Source: Callorhinchus milii (Eukaryota). From it: a stretch of 64,000 bases of DNA. Location: the NCBI RefSeq assembly GCF_018977255.1, contig NW_024704743.1:4714001-4778000 (forward strand). Direction: 5' to 3'. The notes beneath the pieces were generated by a model. That model was given only the letters and a program-made list of their open reading frames with translations, was not told the origin of the DNA and searched no databases. The number at the start of each line of letters is the position of its first letter. Position 1 is the first letter of the stretch. Positions 12,218-25,224 of this stretch are shown in pieces. The translations under genes were made by a program, and so were the position numbers.

Positions 12218-13861
12218 GTAGTTGGTTCTATTCACTTGTACGTCACAGAACTTGGAACAATTGTCTTCTTTGTCTGTTTAATTGATAAAATGTTGACGTG
12301 ACTTATTGTGATCAACAGCCAAACCAAATGGAGCTACAGTTACGTCCGACCCGTGGTGACAACCTCGGGAATTATTTATTTATCTACGTATCTGTGGAAG
12401 CGCTTTTCCCTTTTTGAGTTGTAATTTGGTTCCTCTGGATGGTTACCTAAAGCTCCGATGCTTTGTTTTAATAGTTTTATCAGTTAAACCAAAAGAAAAC
12501 CCATGTTGGGTATTAGGGAATCTGGGCGGGTCAATTATTATCTGCCCGACAGATCGTAAAACACAGACTAAAGATCAATAAATCAAGGTGGTGAAGAAAT
12601 TATGAACCCTGTCCCTTCATCTCAAATCCAACCTGAACTAATGAGCCTGAAGTCTTCTCTTTGGCTGCAATTGTCCTAAGGGAAATGAATATTGTTCGGC
12701 AAGAGTCAGGGTAAAACCTTCACTGTGCACCTGGACTCTGCACAGCCCAGCATTTTTGTAACTAGTGGATTGGATAAGAATAGTTTCTCTGTGTTGCCAG
12801 AGGGCGTTCTCCACAAGACCGGAGAAACATGTCCGGGAATCGGCTCTGCAATATGATACAGCAGAGAAATTTTTAAGACTCCTCCAGAGATTGGTGTGAG
12901 AATCAGGAAGGAAGTTGTGGACATCTGAGTGCGGAGGTGCAGAGGACTGATGGGACACAGTGGAGGAAGCTTTACTCTGTGTCTAACTAACCCAGGCTGT
13001 GTTCGAGCTGGGAGAGCCCAGTGTTCGACAGGTGGAAAATATTTAATTCACTGATACTGGCACTGCTCACCTTGAAGAGAATTCATCCAAAGAGAAGCGT
13101 GTATCCGCATTTATGTAATATCTCAAATGGAAGAATTATTATGATCTTTTTGATGATTTATTGTATTTGATAAGCATTTGGTTCCAGTAATTGTGATAGA
13201 AAATCTGCAACGATGATGCCTATTTAATTATATTCTGTGAGTTCTATTCGCCTTGAGGATCTTGTATTAAGTTAACTAGTACATGGGTGGGACTGTTGAG
13301 TCTTGTATTGATCAGGACACTGCTAAATTGATTTGCGCTAATGTATAAGCCTTTTTTCTGCAGCCCGCCTTCTGCAAATGAGAGATCGCATTTCATTTAA
13401 GGAAAGATATTCTGCATTTGATAGCTCTTCAGAAAAAAATATTTTAAAATAAATATTCATCGACAATATCTTAACAGTTATGGGATTCGGCAAATCTAGA
13501 GTGCCTCAAAGATTAGCATGTTAGCTTTTAGACAAGGTATTCTATTGGACAAGTGTGACAGGTAAATGTACCGATCCACATAAATATTAATAAATTGATT
13601 GAAAATTGGGAGCTGCCATTGCCTGTGGTGCCTTAATTAATTTTACTTAATAGAGTAAAATTTTATACAGCTGTTAAAAAAAATAAGAAATTACTGGCTG
13701 AATCTGAATCGCAGGTTCATACGATTGAGGAAGCATGTTACTCCAATCGCCCGATGGCCTTGTGCTGGTTTGAAAGTGTTGGTAGCTCAGTTCATTAGGG
13801 TTAGTAGCTCGATTCACTCTCCGATGAGCTGATTTTATTTTTTGTCTCTTTTTTTTCATAG

Positions 13862-13971
13862 GTTGGCCACGGTTGCTGTGGTTTGTAACAGAATCTAAGC
13901 ACCTGTCTAAACCGCCTCGGGATTGGTTTCCTCACATCAAGGATGCAAACAATGACACTGCATACATTGAG
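13862..13971 (+). CDS. DIP2C: DIP2C exon (~12), 110 nt: WPRLLWFVTESKHLSKPPRDWFPHIKDANNDTAYIE
   Basis: tttcatag|GTTGG ... ATTGAG|gtgaga; translated by hand (not in the ORF track). Confidence 0.95.
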
Positions 13972-14639
13972 GTGAGAGGAACTGGCAATCTAGGGGGAGA
14001 CAGAGAGAGACAGAGAGAGAGAGAGAAAAAAATTCGCCATGGGTAAAAGACCGATTCAAATTGATAAATGCAATGGATAACACAACTTAACTTGTGATTT
14101 GTGAATGCTTAAAATAGAGTAAGGCATAGCGGACTAACGCCAAAGTCATACATCTGCCCGAGTCCCTTTCAAGACTTTATATTCAATGCAGGTTTGACAC
14201 AACTCATACTTGGCGCGAGTCGTATTAAATGCAGGGTCCCAACTGATACGACTTATGTGAGGTTTATCGTACTCACCAATATAAATTTAGCATCGTTTAG
14301 GCCATTTTCATAAGCTGTATATAAATCACGCCTTATTTAAGGCAAATGTATGACACACGAAATGTTAGGTGGGTGGGGGCAGTACGGCACAGAAATAAGC
14401 CATTCTGCCTATCTATCCTGTGTGTGTGTTTATACTGTTAAATACTCCACACAGGCCCCCTTCGATCGCATTCCCTTCACCTATACCCCTCTATTCCCTT
14501 ACGCAATACGTGAGCATGTACAACAACAGCAGCAACTTGTATTTAGATAGTGACTTTCACTCAGGGTAACGTCTGAGAGGACTAAAAAAAATGTAGAGGG
14601 CCAAAGTGAGGATATGCAGCAAGTGGCCTTGAGTAGTGG

Positions 14640-14812
14640 ACAAACACATACAGACACACACATACGCACGTAGACACACACACACTCACACAGACACGCA
14701 CACGCAGAGACACACACACACATGCAGACACGCGCACACAGGCAGACACACAAATACACACATGCAGACACACACACACACACAGACACACACACGCGCG
14801 CAGACACACAGA
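14640..14812. repeat. Imperfect (CA)n microsatellite
   Basis: Visible directly. Confidence 0.95.
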
Positions 14813-17800
14813 CTCCAGGGATAACCAGCCAGAGCTCTGGCTTGAACTCCATTGTTACAGTTGTCCTTGAGTTCCCCCCCAAACTTGCTCTCACTCTATT
14901 CTCCAGCATCCAGTAAAACGATTGTTCGGAAGTCTGTCGCCCCTTCCCACCCCCACCCCTCCCCCATCTGTAGTTGACTCCTTTGTAGGAACTTATCTAA
15001 TTGCCTGAATTATCGCTCCCAGCATGGCATTCCATATCCTAACCACTCTTGAGTGTGAAAACAATTCTCCCAACCATTTGTTTGTTTGTCAACCATCTTA
15101 AGTGCCCTCTAGTCGTTGACTCACTAACCATGACCCTAGAGAGGATAGGAGGTTTGGGGGGGGGGGGTGGCGGGTGGGGGAAAAGTGAGGGGGGGATTTG
15201 ATTTGGTGATGATAATACAGTGTCAGCCTCAACGTCTGGCTGTGATGAATAACTCCTCGTGTTCATTGACCATTAAATAGCCATGTAGCTAGAAAGAAGC
15301 TCAATTGAAATGAATCCTGTGGTTCTGTCGGTGTGATAAACAGCAGTTAGAATCACTTGGAATCGGAATCTTTCCATAAATCAGCAAAAGCAAAAGCACA
15401 CGCGCACACGTTCCGATTCCACCCGGTACGTCTCAGGAACTCTATCAATTCTGTACAGCTGCATAAAATCCGTGAAAGATACTGTACAATTTTACATTGG
15501 CGCAGAGCCCTTTTCACCTCAGGAGGAATGACCCAAGGCGCTTAGGGATGTCCCAAGGCGCTCCTCCCTTTCACGGAGGGTAAACCGATACCCGCAGAGC
15601 AATAGCCGAGGCGGGTGGAGAGGGCAAAATGACCGAAGGCACGGAGAAAGAGACAGGTCTTCACACAGACCTTGAGAGAGGTCAGGGAGGGCATGAATCG
15701 GAAGGATTCTGGGATGCAGTTCCAGAGAATGGTGCTGTTGAGACTGAAAGCCTGACCTCTCGCTGATGGTGGGGCAGGATGGGCAGGAGACGTGAAGTAG
15801 TCTGGTGCCCACTGAGCAAAGGGAGCCAGGTCGGTACTAAGATTGCTTCTAACAACATCTTAGGATATCGTAGTAAAAGTATATGAAATGATTTTCTTTT
15901 GAAAAAAAGATTACAGGAAAGCCTTGTTGTGAATGGGTCCTTTGTCCATTTCTGCTACACTCCAGACATCTTCTGTTTTCTCAACTGATACCTCTTTACA
16001 GTACAATGCAATTTGCTGTACACATTTGGCTACCGTGTTTCGCACCCCCCCCCCCAAATTACACCGTCAATCCATTTTACAATATATTCTGTGAAAAGCT
16101 TTGAGTCATCTCATCAATGTGATCAAGTGCTAAATCAGATGCAAGGATTATTATTATTGCTGTTATAATTTACGTTTATACAGTACCGTTCACGTCAGGC
16201 AGACATCACTTGTATACAGTTGATTGGTTTCACAACTAGGAACCTGGGTTTCTCTTTCAGAAACAATGAAATCAATGGGAATTCATTTGACTGAACAATA
16301 TGTAAACAGATCTTAAAAGTTGTCTTGCTTTAAAGTACAAGAGCAACTTGCATTGATATAGTGCCCTTCATGTAGAATAATGTCTTGGAATGCTGACAAT
16401 GGTAATAAATTAACTAAACACTTAAAAGCACATTCATAGGAATAGCTATATTTTGTAACTACTGTATTGACAATTTATAAGTGTGCTATTTTGCTAATGG
16501 ATTTACTCACCATTTACCATTGATAATCAGCTTAGACGGCTGTATTTACTTGTATTAACAAGTCCTATGCAATAGTAATAAAAATCATAAAATATTTCCA
16601 TGTAAAATTTGACTCTAAAGTGCTACAAAATGCATGGTATAAAGTGTCAAACTGGCTGTTCATTGCCATCATTAATAAATCCCTTTTCATTCACTGTTAA
16701 TTACATAATTAAGGGGACATATAATTTCCTGTGTACGCATGCACATAACACAGCTGTGTTTACACATGGTTTACACGTAGCGCATAATAAACCTCTGTGG
16801 TTTATAGCAGGACTCACTTCGAGATCAAATCCTAGTCCTAACAACTAGTAATTCGGGTTATCCCCAATGGGAAGGAGGGTAAATGGAATCCACTGCAATG
16901 CTAATTAAGTAGTGCATTGAATTGCACCATGGAAATATTTATGGCTGGAACGCCCTTGCTATTAACATTCAGAGAGGCAAGGCATTGATTGGGGATGGGG
17001 AAAGATTCCAGGAGTGAGCCATTCGAAACAGTATGATGTTTTTGGGGAAGATCAGAAAGACAGCCCATACTTTGCCCAGCAGGTGACTACGCATCGCAAT
17101 GATCAGTGAATTCCCCCCTCAAGGCACGAAATAACTTGTTGCCAACTGCTTCAAAAGAGTGTGATTTGCGTGGGTGAAACAAAAGCCTGCTGCCTTCCTG
17201 AATGACAATGCCGCAGAACAGCTATCAGCTTCCAACGTCACATCACATCACGCTGAAACCATTAAAGGCTGTTGCACCAAGAATTCTAGGCGATGGTGTT
17301 CAGTAAGAAAATAAACGGTAGAAATGTAAATTAGACAGTGTTAGTCTACAGAACATGACAGAGCAAAGGGAATTGAGGTTTCTGGCGGATGGATTACTGA
17401 AACAGTTATTTTTATGGTCAAACTTTTATTGAGCAGTTTCGATCAGTGCATTCCACATTCTTATGGTTTGGGGATTTACCTTAATAATATTAGGTCTAAT
17501 TTTGAGTGTATGTGCTCTAGCCCTGACTCCCCTACTCAGACCTACTCTAATAATTCACCTTTATTATTGTGAATGCCTGAATCGGATCATCTCTTAACCT
17601 CCCGGGCTTTAAGGAGATAGAATCCAAGATTCTTTTGAAACTTTTGATCCCTAAATCCCTTCATCTCAGGAATTATGTTGGTGAAACATTTCCGGATTTA
17701 CTCCATCAAGACTCCAGATGAGGTCTCAGAACTTGTGTTTTAAAATCTCCGTTCAAGGGCACTTTTAGTTTCCGTTATAGAAAGTTGAGGCAGTAGTTTG

Positions 17801-17974
17801 AGCTTCTAGTCATACCGTCCGGTGCTTAATTGAGAGTACAGTTATTGTTCTCTGATGCTCCTTCCTGCACTTTGATGGTGGGGTGTGGGGAGGAACAGCT
17901 ATTATCTGTTCTGACTATATCAAATGTACTACTAAATTGATCCCTATATCTTTCCTATGGCCATGAATTCCATT

Positions 17975-18302
17975 GGCGTGTTAGCCTGGCTCAGTTAGTT
18001 GCACTAACGCCTCTTGAGTCAGAAAGTTGTGGGTTCACCTTCAGGACTTTGATTCACATGGTCTTGGCTGATGCACCATTGCAGCTCTGGGGGAAAGCTG
18101 CATTGTCAGAGGTGCCGTCCTTCAGCTGAGACGTGAAACCGAGGTCCCATCTACCTGTTCAGGTGGATGTTATAAAGGTCCCGTGGGTTTCTTACTGGCC
18201 GACAATCCCCAGTTTGAAATGGGTCATTTACTTCATGGCTCGTTGTGGGACATTGCAGTGCCCCAATTAGTTGCTGAGGTCGCTCACAAATTACACAGAC
18301 AC
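17975..18302 (+). mobile_element. Deu-domain SINE (family B)
   Basis: gcctggctcagttag...gagtcagaaagttgtggg...gaggtgccgtccttcagctgagacgtgaaaccgaggtccc...cctgttcaggtggatgt. Confidence 0.75.
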
Positions 18303-18313
18303 TGCACGCAGAA

Positions 18314-19145
18314 ACATAGAAATCTACAGGGCAGTAGGAGGCCATTCGGCCCATCGGCCCATCGAGTCCTCAGTTCACAGAGCAAGGAAATCAATTGACC
18401 CTACCCACCCCCCCGCCTTATGCCCATATCCCTTCAAGCCCCTCTCTACTTCCCTCTTGAAAGTCACAATGAACTCCATCCCTACTAACCTGCTCGAGCT
18501 CTCCTATCGCTGTTCTTATGGCTATATTATAACTGTGTCCCTTAGTCACTGACTCTCCTGACAATGGAAATAACTTCTCCCTTTTCACCCTGTGAAAACC
18601 CCCTCATAATTTTTTTGCAGCTCAACCTTCTGTGCTCTAATGAAAACAGACTCAGCTTCTTTAATATTTCCTCATAACTGTAGCCCTTCATCCCCGGAAT
18701 AATCCCTGTAAACCTCCTCTGCGCCCCCTTCAAAGCTTTAACTTAAATCCCTCCTGAAGTGAGGTGCAGTACTCCACTTGCGGCCTAACCTACAATACGT
18801 ACAAGATTAGCATTATTGCTTGACTTTACGCCCTGTGTATAAAACCGAGTGTGCTATCAGCTGCCTCTACAGCATTTGCCAGTTGCGATGCCACTTTGAA
18901 TGACTTGTGTACCCGCCCTCCCAAATTCCTTTCCCCTCGGATCCGTGCAAAATGCTGCCATTCAATTATATTCCCTTGATTTTCTACTAAAATGAATCGC
19001 CTCACATTTCGCTTCATTAAAATTCATTTGTACTGATCAGCCCATTGCGCTAATCTGTTTAAATCCTCCTGCAGTCTTTTTCCATCCTCATTGCTATTCC
19101 TCATACCTCCCAGCTTAGTATCATTTGCAATGATTGGCATCATCC
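18314..19145 (-). mobile_element. CR1-clade LINE 3' portion, antisense
   Basis: QRRFTGIIPGMKGYSYEEILKKLSLFSLEHRRL and LGGRVHKSFKVASQLANAVEAADSTLGFIHR (CR1 RT C-terminus); tail acatagaaatctacagggcagtaggaggccattcggccc. Confidence 0.85.
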
Positions 19146-19377
19146 CTATGAAGAGCTTTGCGACCTCCTGACGTGAAAGGTGCTATATCAAATATAGGGA
19201 TTATTATTGTTATTGTTAGTCTGGGTCTTTTGCCAATACTTCAGCAATGTAACATATACCGGAGTGATTAAGCTAAATACATTGGAGGGGGTGAGCTTTG
19301 CTGAGCAATGGGCTTTCTATCCCAACTCCTCTTATGTCTTGAACGTAGCCAGTGTCTGTTCTGTTCACTGGCATCTT

Positions 19378-20055
19378 GGAGTCCGGTAACATATTGGTTC
19401 GAGCCCTCGCCTCGCAAGCGAGAAGACCCGGGTTCGATTCCTGGGCAGGGCTAAACCTTGGCAAGTTTCTTTACTCCACACGTCTCGGTTTGCCAAGCAG
19501 TAAGTAGGAACCCAGTTGTTAGTCAATTGGCGGATCGCTTTCCGGGAGTAATAATCCCTTCAAACATAATAATAATTTGGTCACTCAATCTATGACTGTT
19601 TGTGGGACACCGATGTGTGCAATTGACTGCTGCATTATTATTATCCCTCCAAACGTAATTAGTTAAAATGTAATTAAACTAGAGTAGCTCCTGACTCACA
19701 GTGAGAGAGCTCTCCACTTTTTTTCGACTGTTTATCCAAAGTTCCTAGAAAAATGATATTACATTGGCATTACCGAGACTAATAATCCCTTCAAAAAACA
19801 AATAAATAATAATAATTTGGTCACTCAATGCATGACCGTTTATTGGACACAATTGGTTGCTGCGTTTCACCCACAAAATATACAGTCAATTCACTTTATA
19901 GTATATTCTGTGAAGCGCTTTGGGACGTCCTCCCGACGTGAAAAGCGCTATATCAAATGCAAGGATTATTATTATTATTCTTTGAAGAGCCCTTTGAGAC
20001 GTCTTAATGATGTGATAAGGAGCGATATCAAAGGCAAGGAATATTATTATTATTA
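19378..20055 (+). mobile_element. SINE family A cluster (head and body 19378-19635; second 3' half 19779-19980; extra tail to 20055)
   Basis: Repeated body segment and doubled tail. Confidence 0.8.
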
Positions 20056-20711
20056 GGGCCTGAATGACTGCCTTCTGTGCTGTACATTTCTATGGTTCAA
20101 TTGCATTGGTTTAGAGAACAACCCAGAGAGACAGACAATCATTGCTGTGGTGAATAAAAAAAGCTTTGAGATTGCCCTGTGACAGGTTGGATAACCCAAG
20201 TGACATCACATATGGGTTGGGGTTATTCTCACATACCAGTCTCCGTCCTGCTGCTGCGAGGAGCTGAACGGCAGAAACTGCACCACAAAGCTGGCACTGG
20301 CTACCAAGTCAAGGCAGACACCAGGAAGTATTTCTTTACCCAGTTGATAATGAATGTCTGGAACAGGAAGAGTGATTGGGGCCTGGGGTTCTCAACTCAT
20401 TTAAAACAAAAACAGCTTGATGCTATGGTGGGAAGATGGTAGGGTGGGTGTCTGTCATGGATGAGATCAAACAGGTCGAAGGGCCTCCTTCATCCAAACC
20501 AATCTTGTGAAGACTGTTATTGGTGTAGCCTGCCTGTCTTTTTAACCGCAGACAGCAGATGGCTTGGGGTGATCACTGGAGGTTAAAGAGCAAAAAAGGA
20601 CAAATTGTTAGGGTGTCCCAGTCTCTGTACTGCAAAAAAACAAGACCATAAGAGACCGCGAATGTGAACACCATCACTTCTCCCAACACCATCTCTGTGT
20701 TTTGTCACTAG

Positions 20712-20814
20712 TACAAGACGTGTAAAGACGGCAGCGTGCTTGGCGTGACGGTGACAAGAATTGCACTCCTGACCCACTGTCAGGCACTGACCCAGGCCTG
20801 CGCGTACACAGAAG
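20712..20814 (+). CDS. DIP2C: DIP2C exon (~13), 103 nt: YKTCKDGSVLGVTVTRIALLTHCQALTQACAYTE(A)
   Basis: cactag|TACAAG ... GAAG|gtaaga. Confidence 0.95.
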
Positions 20815-21231
20815 GTAAGAGTTGCTTTCTCTTCCTCCCTTTCACAGAGAGTAAAACGACACCCGCAGAGCAATAGGCAGCATAGGCAGCGAGTGGTCGG
20901 TCCCTTTAAGACAGGTGCGTCCTCCGAACTAGTGTCAAATATGGCCACCGTCCCCTTCCCCCCCCCCCCCCCCTCACTGTGCAGACAGCCCACCCGCTCC
21001 CCATCCGCAGAGTAACGCTGCCTCTGATGCCTGAAAATCTCATGGTGTTAGCCGTGGATCTTTAAAATAAGATTGAATCGCGCAGAATTTAGGAAAATTG
21101 TTAACTGCAGTCTTAAGCCTATTACTGCATAAACAAGAAGTCTGAATATATGGCAATCTCGTTATAAAGCATCTGGCTGGATCCTGTTCCATGCGAGGCG
21201 GCAAAAATGATCTCCTTTCAAGTCATTGTAT

Positions 21232-21594
21232 AGTCCTGTAGCTCAGTGGTTAGCGCACTCGCCTCGCAAGCGAGAGATCTGGGTTCGATTCTCAGCAGGG
21301 CGAAACATTGGGCAAGTTTCCTTACTCCACACGCCGCTGTTTACCCAGCAGTGAGTAGGTACCCGGTTGTTAGTCGATTGGCGGATCGCTTTTCCGGGGG
21401 TAATAATTCCTTAAGAAAAAAAAATTGGTCAGTTCAATCCACGACTGTTGGCAGGACGCTGCTGTGCGCGATTGGCTGCCGCGTTTCGCCCACAAAATAT
21501 ACAGTCAATTCGCTTTACAGTAAATTCTGTGAACTGCTTTGAGACGTCTCGAAGACGTGGTAAGGCGCTGTATCAAATGCAAGGATTATTATTA
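21232..21594 (+). mobile_element. SINE family A, full length
   Basis: Head, body and tail all intact. Confidence 0.88.
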
Positions 21595-22881
21595 TATATC
21601 AGGTCACTGCTGACATCACTTGTTTGTGTGTTGCAGGAAGTGCTGCAATGTCAGCCTGGGCATAAGGGAGCCCTCACTAAACCCTCGTACGTTCTCAGGA
21701 GTTGCCCCATACTTAGTGATGTTTGATTACCTTTTCATAGAATCATAGAATTATACAGCACAAGAAGGAGGCCATTCGGCCCATCCTGTCTGTGCCGGCT
21801 CTTTGAAAAGAGCTATCCAAATCAATCCCACTCCCCCGCTCTCTCCCCACAACCCTACAAGCTTGTCCTCCCCTAAAAATGATCTACTTTCCCTCCTAAG
21901 TGTTGTTATCGAATCGGTCCTTCATAAATCCTGCGGCAGAATTTTTTTTAAAAGACTACTACATCAGCAAAACAATAAGGATAGGAATTGGGCAAGTCTT
22001 ACGTTGTGGACAAAATGATAATACGGTAAAAATTCACCTAAGTCTGCTCCGTATAAATGGTATAATCACCTTAGTCGCACATCTACCCAAGTGCTGTTCA
22101 AGAGTTTATATTCCATGCAAGTTTGACGTAACTCATACTTTTCATAAGTCATATTAAATGTATGGTCCCAACTGACTTATGCAAGGTTTACTTATGTGTG
22201 TAATACTGCTTCTGCTCACCCGGTTACCCTCCATGAAGTCCCTACTTCCTTTCTCCCCTCACCCCCTTATCCTCTTTGTTTGTTCCTTTTTGAGCTCTGT
22301 TTCTCTCTGTGTCAGGATTTTCAAGCCTCAGTTTAGCTTTAGCATCACTGATCTCTGTTACAAGTAACATTTGATAGGGAAGATGAGTGGAAAGAGCCAC
22401 AGAAGGGAAAGCCCATGGTTGAATTTGTTGATCAGCAAGGAGACTGCTGATAGCTGTTCAGGCAGCTCGCTTTCTGATCTAATGCTCTTCTGAGTTGAGT
22501 GTGATTGAATTGGAAAATAGCTCGCCAGGATATTACTCACTGAAATGACTCGTAGGTGGAAAGCGTTGAAGTTATTGTGTAAAATAACTTGTGGTTGCAA
22601 TCTTCAAAGTGTGATGGCATTCCAGAGTAATATAGATCAGTGATAAATAATGGCTATATCAACTGTGTAATCTCTAGGTCTTCGTCAAAATAGCCCCTTC
22701 TTAAAAGCAATTTGCGATGTCAGTACCTTGTGTGCTGTGGTTACACGCTTAGATTTCCTGGAACCTCTTTGAATTGACTACAAATCAGTAATGAACGTAG
22801 GAAATCCAAGCAACACGCTCCCGCAGGAATCGTCGTGATCTCTATTGAACGTATGTGAAATGTTCAATGTTCAAATCCTCT

Positions 22882-23205
22882 GGAGTCCCGTAGCTCAGTG
22901 ATTAGAGCACTCGCCTCGCAAGCGAGCGACCTGGTTTCAATTCCCGACAGGGCGAAACCTTGGGCAAGTTTCCTTACTCCTTTTGCCCGATAATAATTCC
23001 TCAAGAAAAAACAAGAAATAATAATAATAATTTGGTCACTCAATCCATGACTGTTTGTGGGACATTGCTGTGCGCAATTGGCTGCCGCGTTTCGCCCACA
23101 AATATGCAGTCAATTCACTTTACAGTATAACCTATGAAGCGCTTTGAGACGTCTAGAAGATGCGAAAACCTCTATATGAAATGCAAGGATTATTATTATT
23201 ATTAT
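22882..23205 (+). mobile_element. SINE family A, internally deleted variant
   Basis: Head joins directly to cccgataataattcc. Confidence 0.85.
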
Positions 23206-23737
23206 AAAAGCCTCACCGCTCGGTCTGAATGCCATTTGTAGGTGATCATTCATTCATTTATTCATGCTTACAATGTTCAACAGTACAGTGCTTAATTCAG
23301 ACCCTCTTGATTCAATGATGCTTCTCAGCCTCCGCTGTTTCCGAACTGAGCGAAATATTAAGTAGCTCAGTTGCTGCAGCGTTTCAAGAAGAACGATTCC
23401 TCGAGACCACAGAGAATGATACATACGGCACAGCCTTAGGCAATTTTGCAGGTGTTTATGTTCTATTTGAGCTCCAACCCCTCCTAATTCACCTCACACA
23501 TACCCACTCCCCATTCCTTTCGTCGTCGTGTATGCGAGGAGCCAATGTGCTGTAAAAGGAATGCTCTGTAAATGAAACTGGTCATATGGTCCTTGTGACT
23601 TCTAAATACATGTTGTAAATCTGGTGGTTGGCTTCCCATGAGTGACCATGAGTATATTAAAAATCCACACACTCACTAAATTAGACTGCCCACCCACCCC
23701 AAAAAAAAATCCTCAAGTAAATGTTAGCCACTCGCAA

Positions 23738-24042
23738 GAGTCCTGTAGCTCAGTGGTTAGACGACTCACCTCACAAGCGAGAGACCTGGGTTTGATTCCC
23801 GGCAGGGCAAAACCTTGGGTAAATTTCCTTACTCCACACACCTCTGTTTATCCTTTTAAACAAAAAACAATAATGAAATTGGTCACTTCAACCCACGACT
23901 GTTTGTGGGACGCTGCTGTGCTGCTGCGTTTCGCCCACAAATATACAGTCAATTCACTTTACAGTCTATTTTGTGAAGCGCATTGAGACGCCTCGAAGAC
24001 GTGAAAAGCGTTATATAAAATGCAAGGATTATTATTATTATT
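23738..24042 (+). mobile_element. SINE family A
   Basis: Head, partial body and tail. Confidence 0.85.
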
Positions 24043-24079
24043 TATTGTCTATCACTTCAAACATGCTGTAGTCTACAAT

Positions 24080-24380
24080 AATAATAATAACTGTGTATTT
24101 TGTAGGCAAACACGGCAGCCAGTTTGCACACAGCAGTGTCTCACAGATAGCCAGAACGACCAGGTTCATCTGGGGATTGTTGACCAGGACACCAAGAGAA
24201 GCTCCCACCTCTTGCTTCACATGGCCACAGGGTCTTTATTGAACAGGGAGACAGGACGTCTCACCTGAAGGACAGCAGTGAAGTGTCAGCTTAGACTATG
24301 AGATCAAGATCCCAACTTGTGGCTTGAACCCACAACCTTCTGATGAGAGACAACCTTCTGATGTTACGCCAGGCTGACAT
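24080..24380 (-). mobile_element. Deu-domain SINE (family B), antisense
   Basis: Reverse complement of the family B head (cttgaacccacaaccttctga...ccaggctgaca) and core. Confidence 0.65.
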
Positions 24381-24739
24381 TCAGGCTGTTTCCAAGCCAG
24401 AGGGAAAAAATCTGAATGGTTGCTGTCTCTGTTCATTGTCCAGTTGAATAGCTGCTGCTCTCTTTCCCTTAACGCACTGTTCAAAGACAACTTGGATAAG
24501 GTATTGGAGAATTAATAGCCTTAGGATGAGCCACTGCCTTCAGCAGCGATGGGGTAGAGAAAACATTGAAAGGCAATACAAGCGGAAACAGTCTTAAGAA
24601 GCAATATTTGACAGTGGTACAAACATGGCTTCCTTCTGTGCAGAACGTTTCTATATTCTGGTAGAGGTAAAATTTATAGGAATGTTACCTGCTAGTTGTC
24701 TGAGTCTATTCTCTCTTTTTTTTTGTCTGTTTCAAACAG

Positions 24740-24804
24740 CGGAAACCATTGTGAATGTATTGGATTTTAAGAAAGATGTCGGCTTGTGGCACGGTATTCT
24801 TACG
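24740..24804 (+). CDS. DIP2C: DIP2C exon (~14), 65 nt: ETIVNVLDFKKDVGLWHGILT
   Basis: aaacag|CGGAA ... CTTACG|gtaagt. Confidence 0.95.
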
Positions 24805-25224
24805 GTAAGTCTTGCTTTATACTAACAGCAATCAATGTCACCGATCTGTGTGAAGCACTGTGTATGGTTTAATTTCATAAATGACCTCTATCAGCAGTTT
24901 GTGGGGTTTCATTGCCACCCAGAGTATTGTTCTTTAAAGAGAAATAATAATAATAAAAATACTTATTTGTTTCGCCCATAAAATACACAGTCAATTCACT
25001 TTATTCTGTGAAGCCCTTTGAGATGTCTCAACGACGTGATGAAGTGTTATGTCGAACGCAAGGATTATTATTATTATTCCCTCTGGATTCTAGGTTTGCT
25101 TTGTTTGGGTGGCATTTTAGAGCATCTAAAATCTGGCAAACTGTTGATTTAGAGCTTAATTTAGGTATTCATCCTGTGCCAGGTGAGATTACGCCAACTC
25201 TCTTCTCACCAGACTTCCCATCTC

